DNA of 64,000 nucleotides from a virus (IMGVR_UViG_3300042197_000820:64020-128019); one strand, 5' to 3'. Positions 31,044-40,698 are shown, numbered from the stretch's first letter. Translations and numbers: made by a program. Notes: a model not told the origin generated them from the letters alone.

Positions 31044-32078
31044 TTAGTTAACCTTATTCTTGCTACTCATAATAGAAACTGGTGCCATACCATCTAGATA
31101 TTTCTTTTTGAACTTAGCCATGTTTTCTTTAAATGTAATCATCTGAGTACTGATTTCCTGTGCTGTTCTGCTTGCTTTTATAGATCTTGCTTGTTTTATT
31201 GCAACATCAGCCTCTATAGATACCAAAGCACCATCAATAGTCTTAGAACCGGGATGTATATGGCTGCTTAAGGACTTATCGAAATCTTGTTGGATTATCA
31301 CCATGCTATCTAACAATGAGGAGACATCAGTAACAATGTCAGCTAACTCTGTAATACAAGAAGCCAGATTCTTTCCTAAAACCATAGGCTGTAGTGTGCT
31401 GTCATCATTCCCAGCAATAATATCTATACCATAGCTAGAAAGTGTTTTACCAATACCACCAACTTGTTCTCTGACAAATGGACCTGTTACAAGTTTTATA
31501 TTTTCTCTAGCGATTATTCTAACGCTATCAGCTTTTACACCAATACCAGATTTTGCTACTGAACTTAAAGAACCTCTTGCGAGTTCATAGTTATTGTCTA
31601 TATCTGTAAGTTGTGAAATATAAATGCCAGCAGCATCAGTTTTAAGATTATTATCAGAAATAACTTCTGCTTTTCCCTTCAAATCTGGTGGCATAGCTTT
31701 TCCAGCGATTATATAAATCGAACCAGCATTTGTAGCTCCTAAGTTGCCATATCCGCTACTTTTACTTGCTGGTCTATCTCGGCCTATAATAATAAATGCA
31801 TTATTATCATTTTTAAGTACTTTTTCATAATCCGCTGTATTATGCTCAGGAACATGTTCTTTGATTGCATCGCCATTCAAACCACCACGAAAAGTTCTAT
31901 TCTTATGTAAAGGATCGTTCTGTACTAATCTAGCATATTCTGGAAAGTAGTTTGGTTCATGCATCTTTCTAGATGATGCAAGCAAACGTATCCTTCCTTT
32001 TGTGGAAGGTACATCATCAAAGACAGATCCAGCCGACATACCGCTTTTAAATACATTTTCGGATTCTGATTTAGACAT
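31044..32078 (-). CDS. Central spike C-terminal (beta-helix) protein, gp5-C / gpV-like, lacking the OB-fold
   Basis: Short beta-strand repeats (IIIGRD, SIYIIAG, IYISQ, IGVKADSVRIIARENIKLVT), QPMVLG, and an HxH apex motif (SHIHP); located upstream of gp25 and gp6. Confidence 0.6.
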   Translation of the reverse strand: MSKSESENVFKSGMSAGSVFDDVPSTKGRIRLLASSRKMHEPNYFPEYARLVQNDPLHKNRTFRGGLNGDAIKEHVPEHNTADYEKVLKNDNNAFIIIGRDRPASKSSGYGNLGATNAGSIYIIAGKAMPPDLKGKAEVISDNNLKTDAAGIYISQLTDIDNNYELARGSLSSVAKSGIGVKADSVRIIARENIKLVTGPFVREQVGGIGKTLSSYGIDIIAGNDDSTLQPMVLGKNLASCITELADIVTDVSSLLDSMVIIQQDFDKSLSSHIHPGSKTIDGALVSIEADVAIKQARSIKASRTAQEISTQMITFKENMAKFKKKYLDGMAPVSIMSSKNKVN

Positions 32079-32092
32079 TTATAACTCCGATA

Positions 32093-32100
32093 ATAAATAG
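32093..32100 (-). promoter_or_regulatory. Putative phage promoter motif CTATTTAT
   Basis: Intergenic, 15 nt upstream of ATG 32078, with a GGAG RBS between. Confidence 0.6.
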
Positions 32101-32119
32101 AGATTAATATTATATATTA

Positions 32120-33406
32120 TTATAGTTGAGTGTATTCATTACCACTTACACTATTCTTGAGAATATTAGCACATGTGGAAATCAACCCATTTGTTCCGGG
32201 CCAATCCCAAGAACCTGCACTAGCTGCGTGTGAACCAGCAACTGAGAATGATTTAAATGCCGTGTTATTCATGTTAGTCATGCGAATATTTTCGGGCATC
32301 AAGATACCCTGATTTATAACTCTGAACGGTGGGGAGAAGCCTCTGAACGGGCTACTTGATCCAACATAGAAGTTATCAATATCGTCACCCGTTTTGCTTA
32401 TATTATTCCCGTGGTTAGGGGATTTCATAATCCAAAAATATTGTGCTTGTGGAAATAATCTTTTTAGTTCTTCGTGAATACCACCAATCGATTTTTTAAC
32501 ACTAGCTGGGTTGAATCCGTCATTTCCACCTATGTTTATTATTATACCATTGTTGGCTATTCCAGCATAGTTTTCCACAAGTGCGTTTTTCAAACCCAAT
32601 AGTTGACATCCCGCACCGCCGCCGCCATTTAATAAATCAGCCGCTCTTGTACCAGCACATTGCAGATTAGTACCAGCAATAGAAGTAGATGTGCCTGCTT
32701 TTCCGCAAGCTTTTGTACCTATTGGCTTAGACATGGAAGCACCTATAAATAAACCGGGACCAGTCTGGGCACCACCGGGATCAGCAGGGACTCCAGTATC
32801 ACTAAATGAATCACCCGCTCCGCCACCGCCGGTACCACCGCCGCCAGTAACAGTGATTTTAATGTAAGAATTTACGTCTTTCTTGATAAATACTTCTTTT
32901 ATAATCCCACTTGACATTGTGATTTTATCTTGGAACTCTACGAGTAGCACATCTCCTACTTGTATATTACCTACCATCTTTCCTTTTAAATCATCCAGAG
33001 GCGCATAAAACTTACCGGTGTGATTTCTTATCCTAGTTACATCTTTAGTGGGTAAAATAATATTTCCTGTACTTAGATCTACAACACTATCAGGATCAGG
33101 TATCGCTCCATCCATATCCTGCATCCTACCTATAACACAAACAAAAGTTCTCGTACCATATGAATCTAGCAGTTGTTTGTGTCCAAGATTAATATCGGAT
33201 GGCATTTTAATGTCGTTATCGACAGCTATAACTTCTACTAATCTTTCTTTAGGATTTACTTTGGTCGTTGCAAATATATTAGACCGTGTAGTATCTTTCA
33301 TGGCAGAGAGTGGATCTGCTGCTATTGTACCTAGATCATGAACCCTATTCTTTGGTTTTCTATCCGGTGGTACAAAAAAATCAACAGGATATTTATTTCC
33401 GCTCAT
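32120..33406 (-). CDS. gp5/VgrG-type OB-fold domain + Gly linker + SGNH/GDSL hydrolase-like domain
   Basis: IQVGDVLLVEFQD (OB-fold signature); GGGGTGGGGAG linker; FIGASM (block I), INIGGND (block III), AGSHA (block V-like). Confidence 0.6.
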   Translation of the reverse strand: MSGNKYPVDFFVPPDRKPKNRVHDLGTIAADPLSAMKDTTRSNIFATTKVNPKERLVEVIAVDNDIKMPSDINLGHKQLLDSYGTRTFVCVIGRMQDMDGAIPDPDSVVDLSTGNIILPTKDVTRIRNHTGKFYAPLDDLKGKMVGNIQVGDVLLVEFQDKITMSSGIIKEVFIKKDVNSYIKITVTGGGGTGGGGAGDSFSDTGVPADPGGAQTGPGLFIGASMSKPIGTKACGKAGTSTSIAGTNLQCAGTRAADLLNGGGGAGCQLLGLKNALVENYAGIANNGIIINIGGNDGFNPASVKKSIGGIHEELKRLFPQAQYFWIMKSPNHGNNISKTGDDIDNFYVGSSSPFRGFSPPFRVINQGILMPENIRMTNMNNTAFKSFSVAGSHAASAGSWDWPGTNGLISTCANILKNSVSGNEYTQL

Positions 33407-33409
33407 TTT

Positions 33410-34861
33410 CTAACCCTTAAGATAGGCTAAATCTGAATCTGTCGCAGCCGCACAAGCTATCATTCTAGCAATAACGAACGCTCCTGTTCCATACGAACCG
33501 CCACAGGTTTTTCTGTCTATAGCGGCCCAAGCATTGGCAAGATCATTATTATTTTTAAAGTTCAGGAATCTCTGTTCTTTACCGCCTTCGCCACCATTAT
33601 AATACGACATTGCTACAGCAGCAGCAGCAGATTCTGATAGCCCTTTACCTTTTGCTCGGTTCCAAGCTGACAAAAATACTTTTTTTATGACTTTAGAAGT
33701 CCATAGTGGATCGTTTGGATTCCAAGTACCTATCTCCTCAAACATGGCATAAATATCGTGTGCAGTGGCATCGATTTGAACTGGGCCGAACCCATAGTTA
33801 CAATATTTACTGGTACATGTAGCTGACCATCCTTTCTCTGGGATGGTGTGCCAGTTGTCGTAAGTTTTACCTTTTATTTTTGAGCTTCGTGGCTTTCTAG
33901 CTGATACCAACCCAGATCCATTTAAATGATAGCCAGTGTTTCCTCCTTCTTTGATATACTTTGCACCGCCTTCGTGTATCGAGATAGCAGCAATAATCGC
34001 TGGTGGGACTTCTGGGGTAAGTCGAATAACTTCTTTCATCCATTTCATAACCTCGGGATTTGTAAATACATTTTTATGTGAACTAAGATCGCTACAAGGT
34101 GGGTCAAATCTACCTTCACATTGGGACGCACCAATATTATTACTATAACAAAATGGATCTTCACCGAAAATAGCAGCAGCGTTCAATGGACCAAACTGAG
34201 TTGCTAAGTCTCCACTAAGTGCTGGTCCATTAGGACACCCAACTATAGGCTGGCCCGTTATGGTCAAGCCGGATTCATCACCGCCGCCGTCGCCGCCGCC
34301 GATTTGTTGCCAAGTTGAAAGGTCTTTTTTGAGATAAACATCTTTTATAACACCATTATTTCTTAAAAGTTTATCTTGATATTCAACTACAAGCCAATCA
34401 CCAACTTGTATATTTAAGGCACCTTTTCCCTGTATATCCTCCAGTGGAGCATAAAACTTTCCAACATTTGCTCGTAATCTGGTTGTTTCTTTAAAAGGTA
34501 TGGTTATGGTAGTACCATCTGGAGATTCATAAGTTTGGTCTGGATCTGGTACTGCCCCGTCCTGATCTATCAGTCTGCATATAGCAGAAATCCAAGTTCT
34601 TGTTCCATATTGGTTAGCTACAGATGTATTACCAAAATAGTTAAGATCGCTTGGAAGTTTAACAGCTATATCCACAGCTAAAACTTCTGCTAATCTTTCT
34701 CCCTCTTGAAATCCCTCAGTTTCAAAAAAAGAAGCTCTATACGACTCTTTTATTGCTCGTAAGGGATCTTGAGATAAAGAGTCAATATCCTGGGTTCTTA
34801 ACTTATCTCTAGAACCGGGAGAAACTAAAGCATCTATTGGTGCCTTAAAAGATTCAGCCAT
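33410..34861 (-). CDS. gp5/VgrG-type OB-fold domain + Gly linker + goose-type lysozyme (GH23)-like domain
   Basis: Likely start is ATG 34861 after GGAGG. Motifs: IQVGDWLVVEYQD; GGGDGGG linker; VPPAIIAAISIHE (catalytic Glu), GFGPVQID, YYNGG, IDRKTCGGSY. Confidence 0.7.
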   Translation of the reverse strand: MAESFKAPIDALVSPGSRDKLRTQDIDSLSQDPLRAIKESYRASFFETEGFQEGERLAEVLAVDIAVKLPSDLNYFGNTSVANQYGTRTWISAICRLIDQDGAVPDPDQTYESPDGTTITIPFKETTRLRANVGKFYAPLEDIQGKGALNIQVGDWLVVEYQDKLLRNNGVIKDVYLKKDLSTWQQIGGGDGGGDESGLTITGQPIVGCPNGPALSGDLATQFGPLNAAAIFGEDPFCYSNNIGASQCEGRFDPPCSDLSSHKNVFTNPEVMKWMKEVIRLTPEVPPAIIAAISIHEGGAKYIKEGGNTGYHLNGSGLVSARKPRSSKIKGKTYDNWHTIPEKGWSATCTSKYCNYGFGPVQIDATAHDIYAMFEEIGTWNPNDPLWTSKVIKKVFLSAWNRAKGKGLSESAAAAVAMSYYNGGEGGKEQRFLNFKNNNDLANAWAAIDRKTCGGSYGTGAFVIARMIACAAATDSDLAYLKG

Positions 34862-34862
34862 A

Positions 34863-35156
34863 TTAATTCCCTCCGTCATTCTGGAGTAGATCGAAAATCT
34901 TATCTTTATCCAGTTCGGTGATATCAGCAGCGGCGGTTTCTCGCTTCTGGAGTATCATGGCAATCTTTACAAGTTGTTCATTCGAACGTTGCAGCGTTTC
35001 TACATATTTTGCTGCAACGGAACCGGCAAACTTGTGATTTTCTTCGTCTTTGGCTAAAAGACGCATAACATCGTCAAGAAGCTCCCTTGTAACTTCTCTA
35101 TCATCTTCGATGTTCTTAATGGCACTAGCTATGTGTTTATCTACTTCATTACTCAT
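34863..35156 (-). CDS. Small helical hypothetical protein
   Basis: Likely start is ATG 35156, in an ATGA overlap with the sigma gene stop. Confidence 0.7.
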   Translation of the reverse strand: MSNEVDKHIASAIKNIEDDREVTRELLDDVMRLLAKDEENHKFAGSVAAKYVETLQRSNEQLVKIAMILQKRETAAADITELDKDKIFDLLQNDGGN

Positions 35157-35851
35157 AGATCTTGGTCCCAATCCTTTCGAAACTCTTGATAGTTTACTTT
35201 GAGCCTTTTGAGAGAAGAGACAACCTGCTTTGTATTTAGGCCGGTAATCTCTCTTAGGTATAAGTAAATAGCTTTCTTATTAAAAATCTCGATTTCATGG
35301 GCTGATTCAAATAACACTTGTATAGCTTTGATTACTTTCTCATCGTTTGGCTTATCAGATTCTTCCATCCAATCAATCATGTTGGCACGAAGATTATCGA
35401 TAAGTTCGTTATGTTCTCTAACGTTCTCGTATGGATTATCTTCTGATAAGAACCGTAGCTCTAAATCCTTTGGCATCTCTTGAATGTCAAGTTCCGTCTG
35501 ATTCTTCTTGGATTTTCTCTTGACCTTATGTATGAACCAGTTCTTGGTTATAACTGAAAAATAAGAGAAAGCTTTTGAGCCTTGACTTACATCGTACTTA
35601 TCAAGTATTGTGATAAGCCAAATCTTGCATTCATCACGAAGGTAATCGATGTTTGGTAATGTGGTAAACTTATAAGTAAAGACAATCTTATCTACCATCT
35701 CATCGAAAGCAGGACCAATCAACTTTACATAAAGATCGGTTCTAACCCTTTTGTCGTTTGTCGCGACGTACTCAAGAATCGCGTTTTCGTGTTCCTGCGT
35801 AAAATACTTCTTGGTTGGCTTTGTACTGCGGCTCATTCTCTGCTTCTTCAT
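35153..35851 (-). CDS. Phage sigma factor (T4 gp55-like, sigma region 2)
   Basis: LDKYDVSQGSKAFSYFSVITKNWFIH is a region 2.3/2.4-like motif. Likely start is 35851 or 35854, after AGAGGA. Confidence 0.7.
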   Translation of the reverse strand: MKKQRMSRSTKPTKKYFTQEHENAILEYVATNDKRVRTDLYVKLIGPAFDEMVDKIVFTYKFTTLPNIDYLRDECKIWLITILDKYDVSQGSKAFSYFSVITKNWFIHKVKRKSKKNQTELDIQEMPKDLELRFLSEDNPYENVREHNELIDNLRANMIDWMEESDKPNDEKVIKAIQVLFESAHEIEIFNKKAIYLYLREITGLNTKQVVSSLKRLKVNYQEFRKDWDQDL

Positions 35852-36173
35852 CATCTTCCTCTTGTTCGTCAGGAAGATCTTGCAATGGCTCATTGGTCAA
35901 GTCCATGATTTCAGAGAACTGCTCGATCTTCGATGTGAAATACATACCATGTTCTAACAAACCGCCAAGTGTTTCGTCACCATAGAAGCTCTCTAGTTCG
36001 TAGAGACTCTTTAAGTGTGAAGTAAAACTTACTGCTTCGTTATTAAGTTCAGTAATGTTCTTTGATACAAAGTTGATGTTCTTAAGCAAAAATCGTATGT
36101 AGGCTACAAGCCCTACGATAAATGCAAGAGATAGTAAGAAAGCTATTGTCCAGCTATTGATCTCAACTATCAT
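35772..36173 (-). CDS. Small protein with an N-terminal transmembrane helix and an acidic tail
   Basis: Hydrophobic WTIAFLLSLAFIVGLVAYI segment followed by a coiled-coil-like segment. Confidence 0.65.
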   Translation of the reverse strand: MIVEINSWTIAFLLSLAFIVGLVAYIRFLLKNINFVSKNITELNNEAVSFTSHLKSLYELESFYGDETLGGLLEHGMYFTSKIEQFSEIMDLTNEPLQDLPDEQEEDDEEAENEPQYKANQEVFYAGTRKRDS

Positions 36174-36420
36174 CTTCGTACTCCTTGGCCAAAGACCTCT
36201 TTTCTTCTATAAGGTCTTTCTTGGTTTGTTCTATGTATTCTATAACAAGCTGACCCGGCTTTGACAAGGAAGATTTAGAACTTTTGCAAAATAAATCTGA
36301 TAGTTGTCTTTCTAGCTTACCGCTCTGGCCACAATCACAATAGTCAACTGACTCTGATATACCGTGTACCAGAGTCAGCGACTTATCGCATTTTTGGCAG
36401 AGATAATCATACCTCGGCAT
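36163..36420 (-). CDS. FmdB-family zinc-ribbon protein
   Basis: MPRYDYLCQKC...CDCG...LERQLS. Confidence 0.85.
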   Translation of the reverse strand: MPRYDYLCQKCDKSLTLVHGISESVDYCDCGQSGKLERQLSDLFCKSSKSSLSKPGQLVIEYIEQTKKDLIEEKRSLAKEYEDDS

Positions 36421-36422
36421 GA

Positions 36423-36629
36423 TCAGTCTTCCTCTTCAGATTTCTCATAGTTGTAGGATTTAGGCTTTGGCATGTTTCTGTAACCAATATCATAATCTTC
36501 TTCGGGTATTCTCTTAATGTCCTTTGTCTTCTTATCGCACGGACATATTCTAGGTGGTTTTTCCCAGAGATTATACATTACTTGATATGTTTTAAAACAT
36601 TCAAAGCATTGAAAGTACCCAGTTCTCAA
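36423..36629 (-). CDS. Small zinc-ribbon protein (FmdB-like)
   Basis: CFEC...CPC; TTG start after GAGGA. Confidence 0.6.
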   Translation of the reverse strand: MRTGYFQCFECFKTYQVMYNLWEKPPRICPCDKKTKDIKRIPEEDYDIGYRNMPKPKSYNYEKSEEED

Positions 36630-36630
36630 C

Positions 36631-36828
36631 TCAATCCTCTAGTTCTTCGCCAAAAGAATCGTCTTCAAGTTTGACGATTGGTGGATTCATAACCATCAAA
36701 CCTTGGTCTGATAGCCTAAACTTAAAACCCTTTAAAACAGGGACTATATCCGATTGCTCCATTAAAGACTTTTGTAGTGCCATCATTAAAGCACCGATTG
36801 CTTGATCAGCTAGATTCATTTCATTCAT
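36631..36828 (-). CDS. Small hypothetical protein
   Basis: 65 aa; ATGA overlap with gmd; AGGAG upstream. Confidence 0.65.
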   Translation of the reverse strand: MNEMNLADQAIGALMMALQKSLMEQSDIVPVLKGFKFRLSDQGLMVMNPPIVKLEDDSFGEELED

Positions 36829-37796
36829 TTTATTACTCCTTTGTATTCTTCATCATACATCATCTTAGCTAGTTCGACAAACTTGACTTTTGGCTCCCAA
36901 CCTAAATGGTTTTTAGCCTTTGTATAATCACCCAACAAAAATGGTACTTCATGTGGGCGATAAAGCCTAGGATCTATCTCAACATGTTTATCTATATTAA
37001 GTTCAGCATGTTCAAAAACTTCATGTAAAAACTCACGAACTGTATGGGTTTCACCAGTAGCTATTACATAATCGTCTGGATTATCTTGCTGTAACATTAG
37101 CCACATTGCTTCGACGTAATCGCCAGCAAATCCCCAATCGCGTTTAGCGTCTAGGTTTCCTAGGAAAAGTTTGTCTTGTAGTCCAGCCTTGATTCTTGCT
37201 GCTGCGAGCGTGATCTTTCTGGTTACAAATGTTTCGCCGCGTCTGGGAGATTCGTGATTAAAAAGAATACCAGATGTACAAAACATGCCGTAGGACTTAC
37301 GATAGTTCCTCATTAGGTTATGCGCGAATACTTTTGCATTAGCATAAGGAGAGGCGGGCATCAAGATACTATCTTCATTAAATGGATAGTTTGGGTTATC
37401 ACCGTACATTTCTGAGGATGATGCTTGATAAAGCTTTACTTCTTTTACATCCCTGAAGTTTCTTATGGCTTCGACAATACCTAGAGTGCCGTTTACTATA
37501 GTGTTGATTGTAGAAGCTGGTACGTCGAAAGATACTCTAACGTGCGATTGTGCAGCTAAGTTATAGACTTCATCTGGTTTATACTTTTGAAGAAGCCTAT
37601 AAAATGACATGGGATCATCCAACTCAAAGTATTCTAACTTGAAGTTTTTATTTTCGAATACAGAATCGATTCTTTCAGTTGCTATCAAGGAAGTTCTTCT
37701 TTTTAGACCAACGACCTTATATCCCTTGGCTAATAACAACTCCGTCAAATAAGAGCCGTCTTGTCCAGTGACACCAGTTATAAATGCTGTTTTCAT
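36825..37796 (-). CDS. gmd: GDP-mannose 4,6-dehydratase
   Basis: ITGVTGQDGSYL, YNLAAQSHVRVSF, YQASSSEMYG, SPYANAK, FNHESPRRGETFVTRKI. Confidence 0.97.
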   Translation of the reverse strand: MKTAFITGVTGQDGSYLTELLLAKGYKVVGLKRRTSLIATERIDSVFENKNFKLEYFELDDPMSFYRLLQKYKPDEVYNLAAQSHVRVSFDVPASTINTIVNGTLGIVEAIRNFRDVKEVKLYQASSSEMYGDNPNYPFNEDSILMPASPYANAKVFAHNLMRNYRKSYGMFCTSGILFNHESPRRGETFVTRKITLAAARIKAGLQDKLFLGNLDAKRDWGFAGDYVEAMWLMLQQDNPDDYVIATGETHTVREFLHEVFEHAELNIDKHVEIDPRLYRPHEVPFLLGDYTKAKNHLGWEPKVKFVELAKMMYDEEYKGVIK

Positions 37797-38698
37797 ATAA
37801 CACCTCTTATATTCGGATACATACTTTTAACCCACTCACAGGTTTCTTGCAAGCCTTTTTTAAAAGAAGTATAATATTCTGGTTTCCATCCGAGATCTAT
37901 GAGCTTTTGATTTGAACTTGGTTTTCTAAACTGACCGGACGGCTTATCTGTCCTCCAGATTATCCTTCCATCATATTCAAATGTCTCACATACCATTTCA
38001 ACGACTTCTTTTATGGAATGTTCTTCTGTGTTCCCAATATTAATCGGATGTTCACCGTCATAGTTATCTAATAAAAACAATAAGATCCTTGCTATGTCGT
38101 CAGAATAAGTGAACTCTCGCAAAGGTGTTCCATCTCCCCAGCATTCAATAGAAGAATGGTTATTTAACTTAGCCTCCCACACTTTCCTGATTAGCGATGG
38201 AATAACATGTCCATTATTCAAATCAAAGTTATCATTTTTTCCATACAGGTTATTTGGGATTGCTGTTATAAAGTTACAGCCATATTGCTGTCTATATGCC
38301 CTAGACATTACATCAACCATTCTTTTAGCATATGCATAGCCAAAGTTAGAAGGATGTGGAGGTCCGAGGTGTAGTTGATCTTCAGTTAGTGGATAGGTGA
38401 CATAAGCAGCGTCTGGGTAGACGCAGGTGGACAGTAACGAAACTACTTTCTTTGCTTTTCCGAAACAAGCAGAATCTAATAGTTTATTATTTATTATTGA
38501 GTTTTCAACGTAAAAGTCAGCCACATTATCTGTATTAGACTTCACGCCACCAACTCTTGCCGCCAAATGAATGATATACTTATCCTTTATTTCAAAGTCT
38601 AAATCATGAAATCTTTTTTTATCTAGATATTCTGCTTCAGGTATAATCCTCCTAAATGAAGACCCTACCATACCAGTACCACCAGTGATCAAAAACAT
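37793..38698 (-). CDS. fcl: GDP-L-fucose synthase (epimerase/reductase)
   Basis: GGTGMVG, HLAARVGG, LSTCVYP, SNFGYAYAK, HVIPSLI, WGDGTPLREF. Confidence 0.92.
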   Translation of the reverse strand: MFLITGGTGMVGSSFRRIIPEAEYLDKKRFHDLDFEIKDKYIIHLAARVGGVKSNTDNVADFYVENSIINNKLLDSACFGKAKKVVSLLSTCVYPDAAYVTYPLTEDQLHLGPPHPSNFGYAYAKRMVDVMSRAYRQQYGCNFITAIPNNLYGKNDNFDLNNGHVIPSLIRKVWEAKLNNHSSIECWGDGTPLREFTYSDDIARILLFLLDNYDGEHPINIGNTEEHSIKEVVEMVCETFEYDGRIIWRTDKPSGQFRKPSSNQKLIDLGWKPEYYTSFKKGLQETCEWVKSMYPNIRGVI

Positions 38699-38699
38699 T

Positions 38700-39344
38700 T
38701 TACTTTCTCTTTAGGTATAAGGCATCGCCCCAAGGATGGTTTGACCACATCTTAGTTTCAACTCTTTCAAAACCATATTGTCTCAAAAAACTATCAATCT
38801 CTGAAACCAAAGCGCAGTTTTGATAGACATACTCCGTATTTATTTCGGTATATATCGCCTTTACATCCGAAAGATAGTCAGTGGAACCCTTTAGAGCCAA
38901 CAGTTCCGCTCCTTGTATATCTAGATTAATAAAATCAATCTTTTTATTTCCTAGATCACTCATTATTTTGTTTATCGTTTTAGTCTTTATAGTCTTCTTA
39001 TCACAATAATGTACGTCTTGAAATAACGAGGAGTGTATTCCAAGATTTAAAATAGAAGATGATTGACCATTATTTGCAATATTAAACTGTGTTTCTATGT
39101 CATCGATGTCACTTACTAGTGCATTTACGATGACATTCTTTTCATCACTAACATTATCTCGTAGAAATCGAGCTAGTTCCTCATTTGCTTCAACCCATAT
39201 TACAGATTCTACACCGTTAGAAAAGTAAGCATCCTTTTCCTCTGCACGGTGCGCTCCAACATGAAGAATGTTCTTGAATCTAACTTGATATCTTTCTTGT
39301 ATTTCATCAAACGGTATAAGCATATTTAACTCCTTTTTTACCAA
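38700..39344 (-). CDS. FkbM-family methyltransferase
   Basis: LHVGAH, WVEAN, SSSIL, NLDIQGAELLALKG, WGDALY. Confidence 0.9.
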   Translation of the reverse strand: MVKKELNMLIPFDEIQERYQVRFKNILHVGAHRAEEKDAYFSNGVESVIWVEANEELARFLRDNVSDEKNVIVNALVSDIDDIETQFNIANNGQSSSILNLGIHSSLFQDVHYCDKKTIKTKTINKIMSDLGNKKIDFINLDIQGAELLALKGSTDYLSDVKAIYTEINTEYVYQNCALVSEIDSFLRQYGFERVETKMWSNHPWGDALYLKRK

Positions 39345-40102
39345 GATAAAAGCATTTTTCTTTGCAGTTCACTATTCTTCCATTCTCCTATCTTTATATA
39401 ACCATCTTGTAAATCTATTTTTTTTAGTTGTATATCGGTATCGGTTAACATGGTGGGATTTAGATGCTCGTTCAAATACAAATCAGTATGAATAAATGAT
39501 TTTATGTTCTTCGAACATAAAGCAACTGCAACTGCAAAAGTACCAACTCCTGATGAGGCAATATGTTTAGCCGACATAAGAGTAGCAAGGTCTTCGTGTA
39601 AGCTTCCTCCCTGGATCCTCACTTTGGGGTGGCGGGCTAGTTCCTTAATAATGGGATTATCCCCTCTGTCAGAGACTATTATAGCCTCTTCAAACTGTTG
39701 TAAAATGGATTCGTAGTAGGATAGAGGGTTTTGTACATATGTGTTGGGGGGCCTTGAGCTAAAGATATCCCCTGCCCGTATATGTAGAACAACTGTATCC
39801 TCTCCCATAGGTTCATGGTTTGGCAGATTTAATGAATCACTTATGTACTCTAAGCATATGTTTCTTCTTTGGGCGTTTAAATCATCAATATTGCAATCAA
39901 AATCTTTTTCATCTGTATTATAAAAGAAAAACCTATTACTGCTTACAATACCTTCGCCAAAGAATACTGGACTCGTCTTGATTATGGAATGATGCAGGGG
40001 ATAATAGTTAGCACGTTTTAAACTACAATAATAAAGAGCATTGGAAACTTGTTGTATATTATTCCCAAATCTACCATACCATTGACTTACAGTTGGCGTC
40101 AA
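39338..40102 (-). CDS. GT11-like (alpha-1,2-fucosyltransferase-like) glycosyltransferase
   Basis: GRFGNNIQQ, LHIRAGD (HxRxGD), SSGVGTF; located next to gmd/fcl. Confidence 0.7.
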   Translation of the reverse strand: MTPTVSQWYGRFGNNIQQVSNALYYCSLKRANYYPLHHSIIKTSPVFFGEGIVSSNRFFFYNTDEKDFDCNIDDLNAQRRNICLEYISDSLNLPNHEPMGEDTVVLHIRAGDIFSSRPPNTYVQNPLSYYESILQQFEEAIIVSDRGDNPIIKELARHPKVRIQGGSLHEDLATLMSAKHIASSGVGTFAVAVALCSKNIKSFIHTDLYLNEHLNPTMLTDTDIQLKKIDLQDGYIKIGEWKNSELQRKMLLSW

Positions 40103-40695
40103 GTCATCTTCCTAAGATCTGAATCTTTCAGGCGTTCCTTCTCTGCTCTAATCGTAGGGCATCGATTACCAGTCTTATATACTAAATCGTAAAAAATCAT
40201 CATACAAGCCACTTCAACGGTATGGAAGTATTTTGCATGTATTGAAAGCTCTGGGACTCCAACTGGTAATATATTTGATTTTTCACCAGAGATTAAGTAT
40301 GTTTCGAATCCTCGTTGGTTGGACCACTCTAATGCATTGATAACATTAGCTGAGTTTCCTGAACAGCTAAGTCCGATGACTAATACTTCTTCTTCTCTAT
40401 CAACTTTAGTTACCGTTTCAAGCCATCTTACAAAAAGATTGTTGTAACCATGATCATTTGCATTTGAAGTTATAAATCCTACACTATCAAAAGAATATAC
40501 TACCTTATCTGGTACAAGCCTAGTCATATCAGTAGCCGCGTGAGAAGCGACAAAATGTAGACCGCCATTACCGATGAAATAAATCTTTTTTGCCTTATTT
40601 ACTTTTCCAACGAGAGAATAATATTCGTCTGTTTGTACCAAATGCCTAAACTTGTTATCGATATCTTCAAAATCTACTTGGTCTTGTTGCACCAT
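40099..40695 (-). CDS. SIS-domain phosphosugar isomerase (GmhA-like)
   Basis: IYFIGNGG...ASH, ANDHGY, GLSCSGNSANVINA. Confidence 0.85.
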   Translation of the reverse strand: MVQQDQVDFEDIDNKFRHLVQTDEYYSLVGKVNKAKKIYFIGNGGLHFVASHAATDMTRLVPDKVVYSFDSVGFITSNANDHGYNNLFVRWLETVTKVDREEEVLVIGLSCSGNSANVINALEWSNQRGFETYLISGEKSNILPVGVPELSIHAKYFHTVEVACMMIFYDLVYKTGNRCPTIRAEKERLKDSDLRKMT

Positions 40696-40698
40696 CGT

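Noticed and set aside
33404-33412. TAG-AAA-ATG in-frame junction (also TAG-ACG-ATG at 40693-40701) suggesting amber readthrough or recoding
   Set aside because: ORFs up to 9 kb are intact under the standard code, TAA junctions show the same in-frame spacing, and in-frame spacing arises one time in three by chance.
32930-34470. Similar nucleotide stretches in two adjacent genes (possible DGR template/variable repeat)
   Set aside because: Differences are not adenine-specific and there is no reverse transcriptase; ordinary paralogy explains them.
19971-34861. Interpretation as a cellular contractile injection system (T6SS/eCIS)
   Set aside because: No TssJLM, ClpV or Afp15-type genes and no cellular housekeeping genes; the context (gp55-like sigma, PhoH, Hsp20, Cas4-like) is that of a large phage.
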